Below are positions 25,105-39,330 of a DNA stretch of 64,000 bases, one piece after another (position 1 is the stretch's first letter; each line of letters starts with the position of its first letter). The notes below the pieces were generated by a model that was not told the origin of the DNA, did not search any database, and saw only the letters and a program-made list of their open reading frames with translations. A program made the translations under genes and the position numbers. The DNA is from the human T2T-CHM13v2.0 reference genome, Homo sapiens. Location: NCBI RefSeq assembly GCF_009914755.1, contig NC_060946.1; one strand, given 5' to 3'.

Positions 25105-25789
25105 TTTAAGTAAGATAAACCAATAAGACAGTTGGTGCATTTCTTCCCAGCCTCCTTCTTGGATGCACCGTGATGGACCAGAAGTGAGGTAGGCGGGCAT
25201 CCTGAGCAAATGGACCCAGGTACTGAACCACCAGCAGCATGGTTCCAAGGAAGACAATGCTTCCTGGGGGCGGGAAGGTCCCTCCCTCAGGGTCTCTGTG
25301 GGATCCAAATATATGAGGGAGATAGAAGGGGAAAGACAAGGACACAGATAGATAGATAGAGGGACAAACATATAGAGACCTGGAGAGAGGGAGAGAGAAA
25401 CAAAAAAAGAGAAGAAACAGAGAAATAGGAAGGAAGAGAGAAGAACAGGGGGTCTTAGATGAACTAAGCCAGCCAGGAGGACCACGGAGACTCTGATTAC
25501 TTCCTGCTGGGCAATATTTGGGTAAGGAGCTAAGAAAAAGGCAGAAATTCACTTATTAATATTTTTCTCCTGGTGTCAAATCCATTCCACAGGCCAAATG
25601 GAGGTCCAGCCTCAGGCCTTTATGTGGGACCTAGGGAAGGGAGGCCACCTCACTGGCTCCTGCTTGGGGAGTGGACACTTTCAAAGGGGCTTTCTAGGAT
25701 GAATGGAGGGGCCAGGCATCCCATGTCGTGTGGGCCTGCACAAAGCCTTTCCTCTTCTGAGCCTCATCAGCCTCGTCTCTAATTACAGC

Positions 25790-26580
<791 letters not shown>

Positions 26581-26604
26581 ATAGGAAACCCTCAGTTGCA
26601 GCAC

Positions 26605-26991
26605 TCATGGGCTGAATCGTGTCCCCCAAAAATTTATATGTTGAAGTTCTAAACTTCAGTAGCACAGAATGTTATCTTATTTGGGAATAGGATCTCTAAA
26701 GCGGTAATTAAGGTAAAATGATGTCATTGGGGTAGGTCTTGATCCAACACAACTGGTGTCCCTATCTGCAAAAGAGATTAGGACACTGACATGTACAGAA
26801 GGAAGATAACATGAAGACAGTGAGGAGAAGACGGCCATCTGCAAGCCAAGGAGAGGGGCCTTGAAAGAAACCAACTCTGCCCACACCTTGACATGGGCTT
26901 CTAGCTTCCAAGACTTGGGGAAAGAAATGCCTGTTGTTTAAGCCACTCAGTCTGTGGCACTATGATATGGCAGCCCTGGCAAACTAATACA
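26605..26991 (+). mobile_element. MLT1B-type MaLR solo LTR
   Basis: ATGGGCTGAATCGTGTCCCCC...GCCATCTGCAAGCCAAGGAGAG...GGCAGCCCTGGCAAACTAATACA. Confidence 0.88.
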
Positions 26992-27227
26992 ATACAACTA
27001 TTGGACCCACTTTCCAGATGAGAAACAAAGCTCTGAGAGTTAGTGCCTCCCCAGGCTCCACAGCTGGCAAGCCATGGAGTCGGCCTGGAACCTTCCTACC
27101 TCTCAGGGGTGGCCTCATGTCCTAAACCTGAATGTAGCTACAGTCTATCAGAAATGACCCCTCCAAACCCCCAGGCTGCTACCAGAGCAGACATTACTAA
27201 TTCATCCCAGAGCACTCTCACTCAGCC

Positions 27228-27301
27228 CAGATGTGGCCTCAGTCTCTCTAATCGATTCCCATGCAGATGTGGCCTCAGTCTCTCTAATCAAGATTCCCAT
27301 G
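27228..27301 (+). repeat. Two-copy 36/38-bp tandem duplication
   Basis: CAGATGTGGCCTCAGTCTCTCTAATC(AA)GATTCCCATG x2. Confidence 0.95.
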
Positions 27302-27659
27302 GATGGGCCAGCAATGGCCAGAGGGACACTTTTCTGGGCACAGCTCAGTGGAGCCTGCCTAAGGCTGCCTTATTTGGGTCACTCTTTTTTTTGGGGGGGT
27401 GTGCATTCTGAGGCTCTACGGGGGTCATTATGGTGCAAAGATTACCCCAGATGGCACCTGTGGTTAACTTACTAGCACAACTGTTACATGGGGTCTATAA
27501 GATAGGAAGTCAGGACTCTGCATAGAGAGTCATCCTGGCTCACGTGACCCCCAGGGTAGGGCTGGGCCACAAATTACTGATAAATATTATCTTCAAAGAA
27601 ACCCTCCTCCCCTACACAATGCTAAGCCATTGAAGTTTATCAAAACCACAGCGTTGGAG

Positions 27660-27915
<256 letters not shown>

Positions 27916-27989
27916 TGAGAACCCCTGATATAAACTTCACCGGAATCTGGGGCTGCAGAGGGGTTCCTGGGTTGGAGGGTTGCCATAGC

Positions 27990-28375
27990 TTCTTCTCCGT
28001 TTCTTGATGGGGCAAGCCTCCTCCTACTACAGGACCTTTGCGCAGGCTGGTCCTTCCACCTCCACAGTTTGCAGGCTCCCAATCCTCCCTTAGGCCTCAG
28101 CTTTAATACCTCCTCCTTCAGGCTGTCATTCCCTGATTACCTGCCTCCCTCCCTCTTCCCTCTCACTGTTCCCTCTTCATTCCCTTCCAATCTCTTGTAA
28201 TGCTTCCTAAGTTTGCATTCCGGGGCATTTTTTGTTTGTTTGTTTACTGTATTTCTCCCCACTAAACAGTGAGCTCATGTGATCCATGACTATCTCTATG
28301 CCCTTCACCATTGGACCCCCAGGGCTGAGCACAGGGCTCAGCACATACTAGGTGCTCATTAAATATATAGTGAAA
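27990..28375 (+). mobile_element. L2 3' region
   Basis: CAGGACCTTTGCGC..; GGCTCAGCACATACTAGGTGCTCATTAAATAT. Confidence 0.75.
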
Positions 28376-29164
28376 TAATTTAATGGCAAAAACATGCATT
28401 CTCCTTCCTCTCTGAGCCTCACTGTGTTGTGAGGATTAAATGAGTTAATTGCTGTAAAGTGCTTAGAAAGTTCCACCTCGTGTTAATTAAATGAGCTGGC
28501 ACTGAGCAAATGCTGAGCACATGGCCTGACCCACAGAACATTTTCATTGCTGGTGAATAATTACCATTATTATTATCACTGTCATTGTCATTGTTGGTAT
28601 TATTTATCCTCTATTCAGCGCAGAGTAGGCGCTTAATAAAACTGTGAACTACCGAAGTGATGTAGCCTTGGACCAGCCACAGGGATGGAGGATGTGGCTG
28701 CTGGAGGAAGCCTCCAGGCCAGTCTGATGTGGTGAGGATAGCATGGCTCAGAGAGGGGAATGCACTGCCCCAACGTCACCCAGCAAGTCTAAGCGAGATC
28801 CAGCCCCAGAAATCTAGGCTTTCCTCTCTACTCATGGCCGCATGCCCTTGGGCATAGCTCTTCCCCTCTGGGCCCTTGTTACATCTGTGTAATGGGCCTG
28901 GGGTTGCAGCAGGGATAGGGAGGTTAGACACAGGTCGGTCCCCAGCCCCCAAGTTTGCCCCATGGTGACATGGGTGGCCACTTGGTGGCACTGTGGAGTC
29001 ACCACCGACTGGCGGCCACCCGAGGAGCCCCAGTCCAGTGCAGCTTGGCCAGGAGACCTCAGAGGGTGCTCTGCGCTGACCTCCTTCCAGGTGGGGAAAC
29101 TGAGGCCCAGAAAGGGGCAGCCATGCCTTTACCAAAGTCATGCAGCTAGTCTAAGAAGACTTTA

Positions 29165-29560
29165 AAAGGTAGTTTATTGAACACCTACTATGTGCCAAGT
29201 TTGCAACTGTATCATCCAGTTTCCACAACAACCCAAAGGCAGGAGATAGTCTTTCCATATTCCAGATGAGGAAACTGAGGCACCAAGAGCTTAAGTGGAA
29301 ATATGGGAGCAATGACAATCATGACAGTAGTGGTTAATATTGAGTAAGTGCAACACATGTAAACAATGGCAATGAGTCAGGCCAGTCCCACAACCAATCC
29401 AAGACTTGGACACCAGTACTGACCCATTTTACAGAGATGGAAACTGAGGCTCAGAAAGATGAAACCATTTGCAGAGATCACACAGCCAGGAAGTATCTGC
29501 TGCCAGGACATGTCCCTGCCCAGAGGGAACCAGGCCTAATTCCTATCTACTCTCTCCCCA
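29165..29560 (-). mobile_element. Two tandem MIR fragments
   Basis: CAGATGAGGAAACTGAGG and CCCATTTTACAGAGATGGAAACTGAGGCTCAGA cores. Confidence 0.8.
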
Positions 29561-29829
29561 ACATTCCAGCCTCAGCCTCAGGCAAGCTTGGGCCAGCATA
29601 GCCAGACCTAGGCCTCCAGGGATCAGGGAAGGCTCAGCCTCTTCTCAAAACCCACAGCCTGTCTAGACCAGGCTCCTTCCTGTGGGCTGCCATCAGGGGT
29701 CTGGGTGACCACTGGAATTTGGGGGCATGAAGGCGTCCCTGCTTCTCCCCACATCGCCCAATAGCCCCTGCTCCAGATGTGAGCAAGGGTTGCTGCCGTG
29801 AGTCCTGGGATGGTCTCCAGGTCTCTTAA

Positions 29830-30420
29830 GGAAGAAGAAGCAGAGCAGAGGCAAGGAGGGAGACGTGGGGTGGGGGATACAGAGCAAAAGTGACAGAGAG
29901 ATCATGAAATAGACGGAGACGCAGCGTAGAGACAACGACAGGAAGAGAACAAGAGAGAGCGCCAGAAAAACAAATTAAATCAAAACCGAACAAAACAGAG
30001 AGGGAGCGACAGAGCCAGAAAGAAGGGAGTGAAGAGAGGTGCATATTGAGATGGAGACAGACAGACAGATGACGGGGATACAGACTGAGAGAGAGACAGA
30101 GACTGGGAGCCAGGAAATCGCAGAGACAGACAGGGACAAAGCGGCGGGGTGCCACAGAGACAGGGAGAGATGCGAGGAGGGGCAGAAGATGGAGACCCGG
30201 GGTGAGACAAGGACCAAGGGGCACGAGAGCAAATTCTGGGGTAGCAGACCAGGAGGTCAGGCAGAGACTCAGCAGAGAAGGAAAGGCCGGAGGAGGCTGA
30301 GAAGAGAAAAAATGATCAGAGAGAGAGAAGCAAAGAGGAAGGCGACAACATACAGAGGGCAGAGGAAGGGGAATAGAGGAGGGAGGAAGACCAGACAGTC
30401 AGAGGGTGGAGGCCAGGGCA
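29830..30420 (+). repeat. Purine-rich (GAGACA-like) low-complexity tract
   Basis: Strong G/A bias, many GAGACAGA units. Confidence 0.8.
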
Positions 30421-30614
30421 CGACGAGGGTAGCGGCGGGATCAGGGGTCCTCCCACCCCGTGGACCCTGAACTGGCCCCTGTCCACTGGGCAGCCAGGGT
30501 CTTCCACCCACCACCTGCCTCCATACCCCAGAGCTTTTCCCTCCCAGCAAGGGGCCTGGTCAGGGTCCTGGAGGGCAAAGGTCAGGTGGGTGGACTCGCC
30601 GGAGCCCCCAGGAA

Positions 30615-30790
30615 GGCATCTTTCATTTCCGCCTGCTCAGCAGGCTCCAAGCACATCGTTTGCATAAAACAATATTCCTGTGGGGGATGCTAATGCGCCC
30701 TGCTATTTTTGCCTCTCCTGGATTGTGGTTTGCATACATTTGCATACCCTGGGAGAATTAAGCAGGAATCATGTAAATGAGCCCACCAGC
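30615..30790. promoter_or_regulatory. Candidate enhancer with a POU/octamer motif cluster
   Basis: GTTTGCAT 30658 and 30728, ATGCTAAT 30687, ATTTGCAT 30738, ATGTAAAT 30771, AACAAT 30668. Confidence 0.55.
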
Positions 30791-30899
30791 TTGGAGGCGA
30801 AGGGGGACCTGGGCTCCCTGCCTCCCGACAGGCTGTGCTGGCCACATCCTTCCCCTGGGGTCACCCTGGCAGGACAGGTTAACATGGAAGGATCAGCTA

Positions 30900-31490
30900 C
30901 ATGTCTCTCCCAACCTAAGGCTGCTGTCCACTCCAGGTTTGGGGTAGCCAGAGGCAGTTTTCAAAAACCCAGATCTGAGCCTGTCACATCCTTCTTTAAA
31001 CCTTCCATGGCTTTTGGAATCCTAGGATGGAGGCCAAACTCTCCCTCTCCCCCATAGCCACAAAGACCAACCCCTACCAGCCCCTCTAACCCACACTCTC
31101 TTCCTCCCCAGCCTCCACCCACAATGGAACTTCCTCCCGTCAGGGCTTCCCCTCACCACACTTCTGCAAACCACAGGGCCTTTGTACATGCTGTCCCCAC
31201 TGGCTGCAATGTTTTTCCTTCTTTCTCTTCACTTCCTTACAGCTAACTCATCCTTCAGACTCCAGGCCAAGTACCATTTCCATAGGGACGCCCTTCCTGT
31301 CATCTCTGACCTTATCCCTCCATGAAGTACCCTGTTAGGTAGCTGGAATTATTATCAATGCAATAACTTCCTTTGTGCCTGACTCCTCCATGAGACTGTG
31401 AGAGCCACTGCCCCCGACACAATACCTAGCGGTGCCGCCAGGTGTTCCTGGCCTTAGTTTAGGTTCCCAATTAATATTTGTTAAATGAAG
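30900..31490 (+). mobile_element. L2 3' region
   Basis: CACAGGGCCTTTGTACATGCTGT; GACTGTGAG; AATATTTGTTAAATGAA tail. Confidence 0.75.
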
Positions 31491-32040
31491 GTGGCAGACC
31501 TGCAAATTTAGCCTCGAACCTGGAGTCCTCAGGAGCCCAGCCCCCAACTCCAGTGGTACACAAGAAGTTTTTAAAAATATATTAATTGAGAACCTACAGC
31601 GTGCCAAGCACTGGGTAAAGTATTTGACATATACTGTCTTGGGGACGCCTCTACATCTCTACAAGGGAGGTGTGGAAATTGTGTGCATGTTACGGAAAGT
31701 AGGGGCTCTGGGAAGGAAGGCCACCAGGTTCAGGTCACACAGCATGCCTGTGGCAGAGCTAGCAGTCCACCCCAGATTCGTGTGCCCTAGAGGCCTTAGC
31801 CCGATCGCTGCACATTTTCCCCTGACCTTCTGGGTGACACGCACCCAGCACACACCTAAGTGGTCTCATGAAAAGGTTGCATGGATTTACACAAGCACAT
31901 GCAGACTCACGAGAGAATTTGAGTTCACCAGAGCGCACACAGCTGTTGCCTGGCCTATTCGTAACTACCTCATACCCACTATGGAAGTCTATGCCTCACA
32001 CCTGTGTGCTCCCATACTGACCTACATAGACTCGTGAGCG

Positions 32041-32064
32041 CACACACACACACACACACACACA
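32041..32064 (+). repeat. (CA)12 microsatellite
   Basis: Read directly. Confidence 0.95.
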
Positions 32065-32504
32065 TACATCCCTCCAGGCCTGCACAGACCTTCACTTAGC
32101 CATTCAGCAAACACTTCGTGCAGAACCACGGCATCTAGACTCTGTGTCAAGAGCTGGGGGTATCAGGAAAATGGCATAGATTGACTGGATCTTGCTGGCC
32201 AACTTGGGGCTTCCTTTCTGCTGACTTCCCCTGAGGGTGCGTATCTGATCCACACACATTCGAATATCCGTTCACACTGCGCAGGCTCTATTGACACAGG
32301 AATGCATAGTTCACAGGGTGCAAAGGCGTGGAGATACACTGTCACACAAGCAAACGCACGGCCTTCTGCAAGCCCGCAAGAAGCGACCACAAGGGAGTAG
32401 AGGCTGACTGATCCATCACCATCATTTTCAAGGGCAAACAACTCGACCAGGGTAATTCAGGAAGTCATTGTCTGCTACAGACCTAGACAGAGCTTGAGCA
32501 GCCA

Positions 32505-32735
32505 CAGAGCTAAAAAGCCCATAAGTTTGACCCAGATAGGCCTAGGCTCTGATTGGCTCCTGCGCTTATAGGGTCACTTTCTTGCTGAGCCTAATTTCCC
32601 CTTCTGCAAAATGGGAATAGTAGACATTTTTTTCTCCAAAGGTCTGGGTGTGTTGGTTGCTTCCACTGTACCGGGCATATGGTAAGGACCCAATAACAGG
32701 CACTCTATAATAATTATTATTATTGTAATTATTAT
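32505..32735 (+). mobile_element. MIR SINE with (ATT)n tail
   Basis: TTTCCCCTTCTGCAAAATGGGAATAGTA core. Confidence 0.7.
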
Positions 32736-32737
32736 TA

Positions 32738-33214
<477 letters not shown>

Positions 33215-34077
33215 TTACTCAGAAAATGAAATGCTTTCCTTCCACAAAGTTCTGCCACTGACATCAAAGCTCCCACCTGCTCAACAAACCAATACCAGTT
33301 TAATTATTGAGAGCCATTTGTCTGCCAGGGCACCGTTCGGCCAGCCGGGGATTTGCAGAGGGGCCGGTGTGCACCTAGAGCAGGCCTCTGGAGATGGAAG
33401 AGAAAGGTGTGTGGACCAAGGAGCTGGAGGAGGGAATGATGGGCACCGAGGCAAGATCAGGTGATGCTTTGCTGGCCTGCTGTGTCCAGCACTCCCAACA
33501 GACTCCCGGGATATTTTGGAAAATGGGGGAAACTTTCTTTTCTTACCTCAGCCCTCTCTTTGGGGGACAGTCGTTTCTATCCGAACACACAGCCTGCATC
33601 CTGCTCTGAGGCCGAAAGGCAGAGGTGTATGGATTGTCCTTAAAGATCTCCTTGGTGCAATAACCCCGGGGCCACGTGCATTGTGGGAACAGGGAAATAA
33701 TCCTTCCATTACCTGAAGCTGACAGAGGGAGGAAATCTAGCTCTTTGCAGAGATGGCCACTTGCCATCTGGGGCTTCTGGGGATAGATGGGGCAGGCTGG
33801 GGAAGGAGCCTGGGCTGAGGGAAGCTCCCACTGACCCAGCCCACACAAGAGCCTTGTGGAGTCTCCTGGTTTCCTCCTTGTCAGGAAAGACCACTCAGGG
33901 CTTGCCTATGGGGAGCAGAATTCTCCTAGGAGGTTGTCATTGCTGGGGGTGGAAACCCTGGTAGTCATGGCTCACATACCCGGATCCCCAATGTATCAAA
34001 CCAAGAGAAGCAAAGAGTCTTCCATTGAATTGCCAAAGGGGTTCCAGCCTCCCCCAGTGCCTCCTAGTCCCCCATTG

Positions 34078-34305
34078 GAGAGCCAAGTGGGCATGAATGC
34101 CAGCTCTGGGCTGAACACACTGAGGTTCAAATCCTGATTCCACTCTTACAGACTGATTGATCTGTTCAGTCTCTCTGAGACTCAGTTTTCTCATCTGAAA
34201 AATGGAATAGTTCTCAGACCTACCTCATACAGCTATGGTTAAGGGTTAAACAAAACAGTGCAAGGGGCATGCTTGGCACATAATAAGCGCTCAATAAATG
34301 CATCT
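34078..34305 (+). mobile_element. MIR SINE
   Basis: GGTTCAAATCC..CTCAGTTTTCTCATCTG..GGCACATAATAAGCGCTCAATAAATG. Confidence 0.88.
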
Positions 34306-34603
34306 TCTTTATCACGGCCATTCTCGTCAAGCCTTGGGTTTACGCTGAGTTCACCTTGCGCAAGTTCTGATCCTGCTGTCAGCCTCAGTTTCCCCATTTG
34401 AAAAGCAAAGGGCTGGGCCCAAATGATCTTCTGGGATCCTTGCTGCTTTACCATTTCCGGTTGGAAATTCTGTCCCTTGAACTTCGTGAATTTCTCTGCC
34501 ACCACAGTTGGATTCACCCTTTTTCAGGAGATCAGCCCCAAGGATTAAAAGGTTAACTTAAAAATGTGAATAGTGGCTCACGCCTGCAATAATAAATGTG
34601 AAT

Positions 34604-34890
<287 letters not shown>

Positions 34891-34999
34891 TAGCAAAGAA
34901 TAAACTGCATTGATCCTCTATTAAGTCCCCTTCCTCGCCCTGCCCACAACTCCCCAAAAACAACAGTAACAGCGACAGAAATAATGGCCACATGGACAC

Positions 35000-35190
35000 A
35001 GAACTTACTACATGCCAGGTGCTGTTCTACATACAAAAACCCCATGAGATATGACTAGTACCTCCAGTTTACATATGAGGAAACCAAGGCACAGAGAGGT
35101 TAAGCAATTTCCCCAGGATCACACAGCTCAAAGATGGCCCATCTGGGATGTAAACCCAGCCACCTGGGTCTCAACCCCAATGCCCCTCAA
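35000..35190 (-). mobile_element. MIR SINE
   Basis: ATGAGGAAACCAAGGCACAGAGAGGTTAAG. Confidence 0.8.
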
Positions 35191-35364
35191 CCCAAAGACT
35201 CAACAAAGGGTAGAGTATCAGGCACATGACAAAGCCATGAGAGGAGGCGTTTTGGGTGAGTGGAGCCTTTCAGTGCTGTAGATCCTCTCCTACTCTCGGC
35301 AGACGCCCCAGACTGGCCTCACGGAACCACGTTAAGATGCCTGCCCAGTGCAGGGGAGAACAGA

Positions 35365-35545
35365 CAGCCTGTTGGTTTAAAGAAGATATTCAATTATCTC
35401 AGCCGCAGTGCTCGCACGTGCTCGGATGAGCTGAAAAGGGAGAATAAGGAGCACACGCCACGTCCTGTCGGAGATAATTAGAGGTAACATCACTTTTAAG
35501 AAAACAAGCCTGTGGCCAATTGTTCAAGATTGATGAAGTTGGTGG
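35365..35545. promoter_or_regulatory. Candidate enhancer with inverted GATA/homeodomain 9-mers and an E-box
   Basis: AATTATCTC 35392-35400, GAGATAATT 35471-35479, GCACGTGC between them. Confidence 0.4.
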
Positions 35546-36759
35546 CCAGCATGGGCAACCTAGGAAGGGGACATCATCAGTCTGCCCTGAATACAGTGTC
35601 TGCACTTTGCAGAGATGACCTTGACCAAGGGCCATGGGCTGGGTTGGGTGGGTAGGGTGTGTAACTGGCAACCCCCCAGCCAACATCATTCCTGTCCCTG
35701 GGGCTGCTGGAAACTGCTGTAATGGAGACTTACGGGTGCATGTGTGGGAGTTGATGCTTGTTCCCTCAAGGTAGGACAAAGGCAGATTTCAGGCCTTGCT
35801 AGACTGTGAGCATGAGCTGGGCGGCCTCTCTGAGACATACAAGGACCTTCATCTCACAACAGTTCAGGCAATGGTTATGAAGCCCCTACCATGGGCCATG
35901 GGGATACAGCTGGAAAGTGGGTTCCAGGCTGAGCAGGCAGCATATGCAAAGGCCCTGAGGCAGCAGTAGGCTTGGCACATTTGAGGCAATGCAGGAAGTC
36001 CTGCCTGGCTGGAGAGAGGGTTCCCAGGAGGAAAGCAGCTCTTCCAAGAGCTCAGTAAATGAGGCACTCAGATGGATCGAGTATTTCCTCTGTGCCCGGT
36101 CTCGTGTTCCATCTGCCCTCTGAGGAAGGTGCCAAGATGAATCTCTTACACATTCCAGATGAGAAGTCGGAACGTCAGAGAGGTGACATCATTGCCAAAG
36201 TCCCACAGGGAAAACATGGCAGGCTGGGACCTGTTTCCAGAGCACCTTAACTGTTTCTTCTCTTCCTTTTTGTTCCCCGTCCCCCAACAGTCCAACTGTT
36301 CCTCCTTTAACACCACTCTCATAAGCCCAAACCCAACCATCCCAAGCCCCAGCTTTCCAGTGGGTCAGAGCTAGAAGTTACCTTGAAAGGCTAACAGATC
36401 CACCTTGTTCATTGCTCATAATGGGAAAACTGAGCTAGGACTGGGGGATGAGAGGGAAATAGAGGGCACACCCCTATGCTGAGAGTCACGTATGAATTCA
36501 ACTTCGCATCAGCCATCACACGTGCCATTTTGAGGCACCCACAATATAAGAAGCCACTGTAAGGAGATGCTGTAACAGAACCAACAGGCTGGTTTTCTAT
36601 GGGCTAACGGGCATTATCCTTTGGTTTGCCACTTCCCACTCCAGAGCCACACCAAAACAGCATTTTGGAATTGTTTTTAGGGGATGCATGCCCTCTGGGA
36701 TGCCCTTTGGAAACCCCTGAATCCACAGTCACTTGAGTTTGTGAAGTGCTGCCTACTCC

Positions 36760-36935
36760 ACTCCCTTTGAGAATCCTAGTGTGTATCAATCATCTAAGGC
36801 TCTGATAAGTCCTGCTGCAAAGCAACAAGCTTATATTTCCCTAACCCAGCATGTCCAAAATTCATCCGAACATAAAATTCTTACAAACATGACCAGAATT
36901 GGGATTTTTTTCAGAAGTGATCATGAGAAATACTG
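36760..36935 (-). mobile_element. MER103C-like hAT relic
   Basis: TAAGGCTCTGATAAGTCCTGC..AACCCAGCA..CCAAA; related pieces at ~45510-45620 and ~49540-49677. Confidence 0.6.
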
Positions 36936-37214
36936 GTCTTGATAACTACGAGATGTTGAAACAGTCCTTCTGACCCTGGAGAAAAGAATTCTGAATACAT
37001 TTTGGATGATGGGTGAGATGATGAAGTGATGGGGAAGGATTTAAAGAGTCAGAGGACTATGCAGAAAAAAAAGACCCAGAACAGGAAATAGTGGCTGCCT
37101 TCTAATCCCTGAGAGTCTCCCAAAGTTGACTGTGGAGAGGTTTCCCCCCCCAGTTCCAGAGAACAGAGCTAGGGTAGGTAAGTATAGGAAAGGAGTTGGA
37201 GCTTGCACCTGAGA

Positions 37215-37325
37215 CTGGCTGTCTTAACAGGAAATGAGTTCCCCATCACCAGAGGTATGCAAGGAGAAACTGGAAGACTATCGCATTAAGGCTGCTAAAG
37301 AAAATTCCTTCTACAATTCTAGAAT
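37215..37325 (+). mobile_element. L3/CR1-type 3' fragment
   Basis: TGAGTTCCCCATCACCAGAGGTATGCAAGGAGAAACTGGA. Confidence 0.55.
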
Positions 37326-37339
37326 TTCCAGGGCAAAGG

Positions 37340-37730
37340 AATGCGAACCAGACCCAGTCCATGCTAAATACCTCTCTTCTCTCAATAGCGGGCAGAAAGA
37401 AACCAGGCATGTCACATCCATCTGACATTAGGAAAATTCTTATAAATAAAATAGTTCCTATAAAAGCTGTATGAGCTCTCTCCAGTCCATCTCATCTCGA
37501 CAGTAATAAAACCAAGCCCGTAACTCCAGCGTCGTCTTGCCATCTACAAGAGGAAACGCTTATTTTAAGAAGTATAAAAAGAAAAGTAATTTACAGTCTA
37601 TTAACATTTTAAAAAGTGTGTTAGCAAGAAGGGGGAATACATTACTGGCTCGATGAGGGATCCAGAGAGATGAGGAAAGTGGAATCATATGAATTTCCCT
37701 TGGTCTCCATTTTAACCTGGAGAACTTCAC
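37340..37730. promoter_or_regulatory. Candidate conserved non-coding element
   Basis: Repeat-free, AT-rich with CpGs; TATAAAAG 37459, GTAATAAAA 37503. Confidence 0.4.
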
Positions 37731-37996
37731 ATTCATTCCAAATCTCCTAGCAGCTGTTAGCTCATTTTTCCCCCTTCCTTAAGAAGAAGGTTTGGTTGAG
37801 GAATGGTGGCCAGGAAGGATGCAATGAAGTAGGTCCATGAGGCAAGGCAGGGCTTAAATTCAGGAGTCAGATCTGGGTTCCCATATTGGCTTAGGTCCCC
37901 AGTTGTTCTATTTTGATACAAGGTTCCCAACTTCCATGAGCTTCAGGCAAGTTGTCTAGTCGTGGTGATAGTAAATCCCAGCGTCCTCTTTTTTAA

Positions 37997-38505
<509 letters not shown>

Positions 38506-38796
38506 AGGGATGGATTTTAACCTACAAATCCAGAGAAATACATGGAAAGAATTATAGAAGGATGGACTTCAAGGGAAAACAAATCATTCCCTCCTAGGAA
38601 TGCAGCCATACATGACTAGCCTGCAGGAGGACCTGGGGCCCTGGGGGAGATGCCAGGCTGTGGGCAGGGACTGCAGACCAGGGGCATCCCAGGAGGGGGC
38701 TGCTTTCCACGTGGTTGTCACTCAGAACTTGGACAAGGGCTGAGCCCTAACTTGGGTCTTCCCCTGCAAAGCATCACAAACAAGCCCTTCCCCTTT

Positions 38797-38802
38797 TCAC
38801 AT

Positions 38803-38848
<46 letters not shown>

Positions 38849-39330
38849 ATATCCACACATGCACGTGCACATACCATAGCTTATACATATATACACAGGC
38901 ACGACCAACAATCACACACATGTGCACACCCCTACCCATCCCTTACCTACACATGTGCATGCACAAAATGTAACTTTTACACACACACACCTACACAATC
39001 ATACCTACAGGCACACCACATGTCCATTCTTTATCATCCCACATAATGTACCACACCATCCCTCGTGCATGCTTCAAACGTGCATGGCAACACAATTGCC
39101 TATGTGCACACACATATGCATATGCACAGACTTAACATCTGCACCTGCACACAAGCACACTCCCAGTCACTCGCATTTACACACTTACATGTACACACAG
39201 GTGATATACCCACATCCTAATCCATGTCCCGCACTCACAGCCACGTGCCCAGCACATGCATGTGTGAAACACACAGGCATGCCACACGCACACACACAAA
39301 CACACACATACACACAAATACATTCATGCA
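38797..39330 (+). repeat. (CA)20 followed by a degenerate CA-rich tract
   Basis: Pure (CA)20 at 38804-38843, then cryptic CACA/CATG repeats. Confidence 0.9.

Noticed and set aside
30039-30470. 143-aa Arg/Glu-rich ORF
   Set aside because: Product of the purine-rich low-complexity tract
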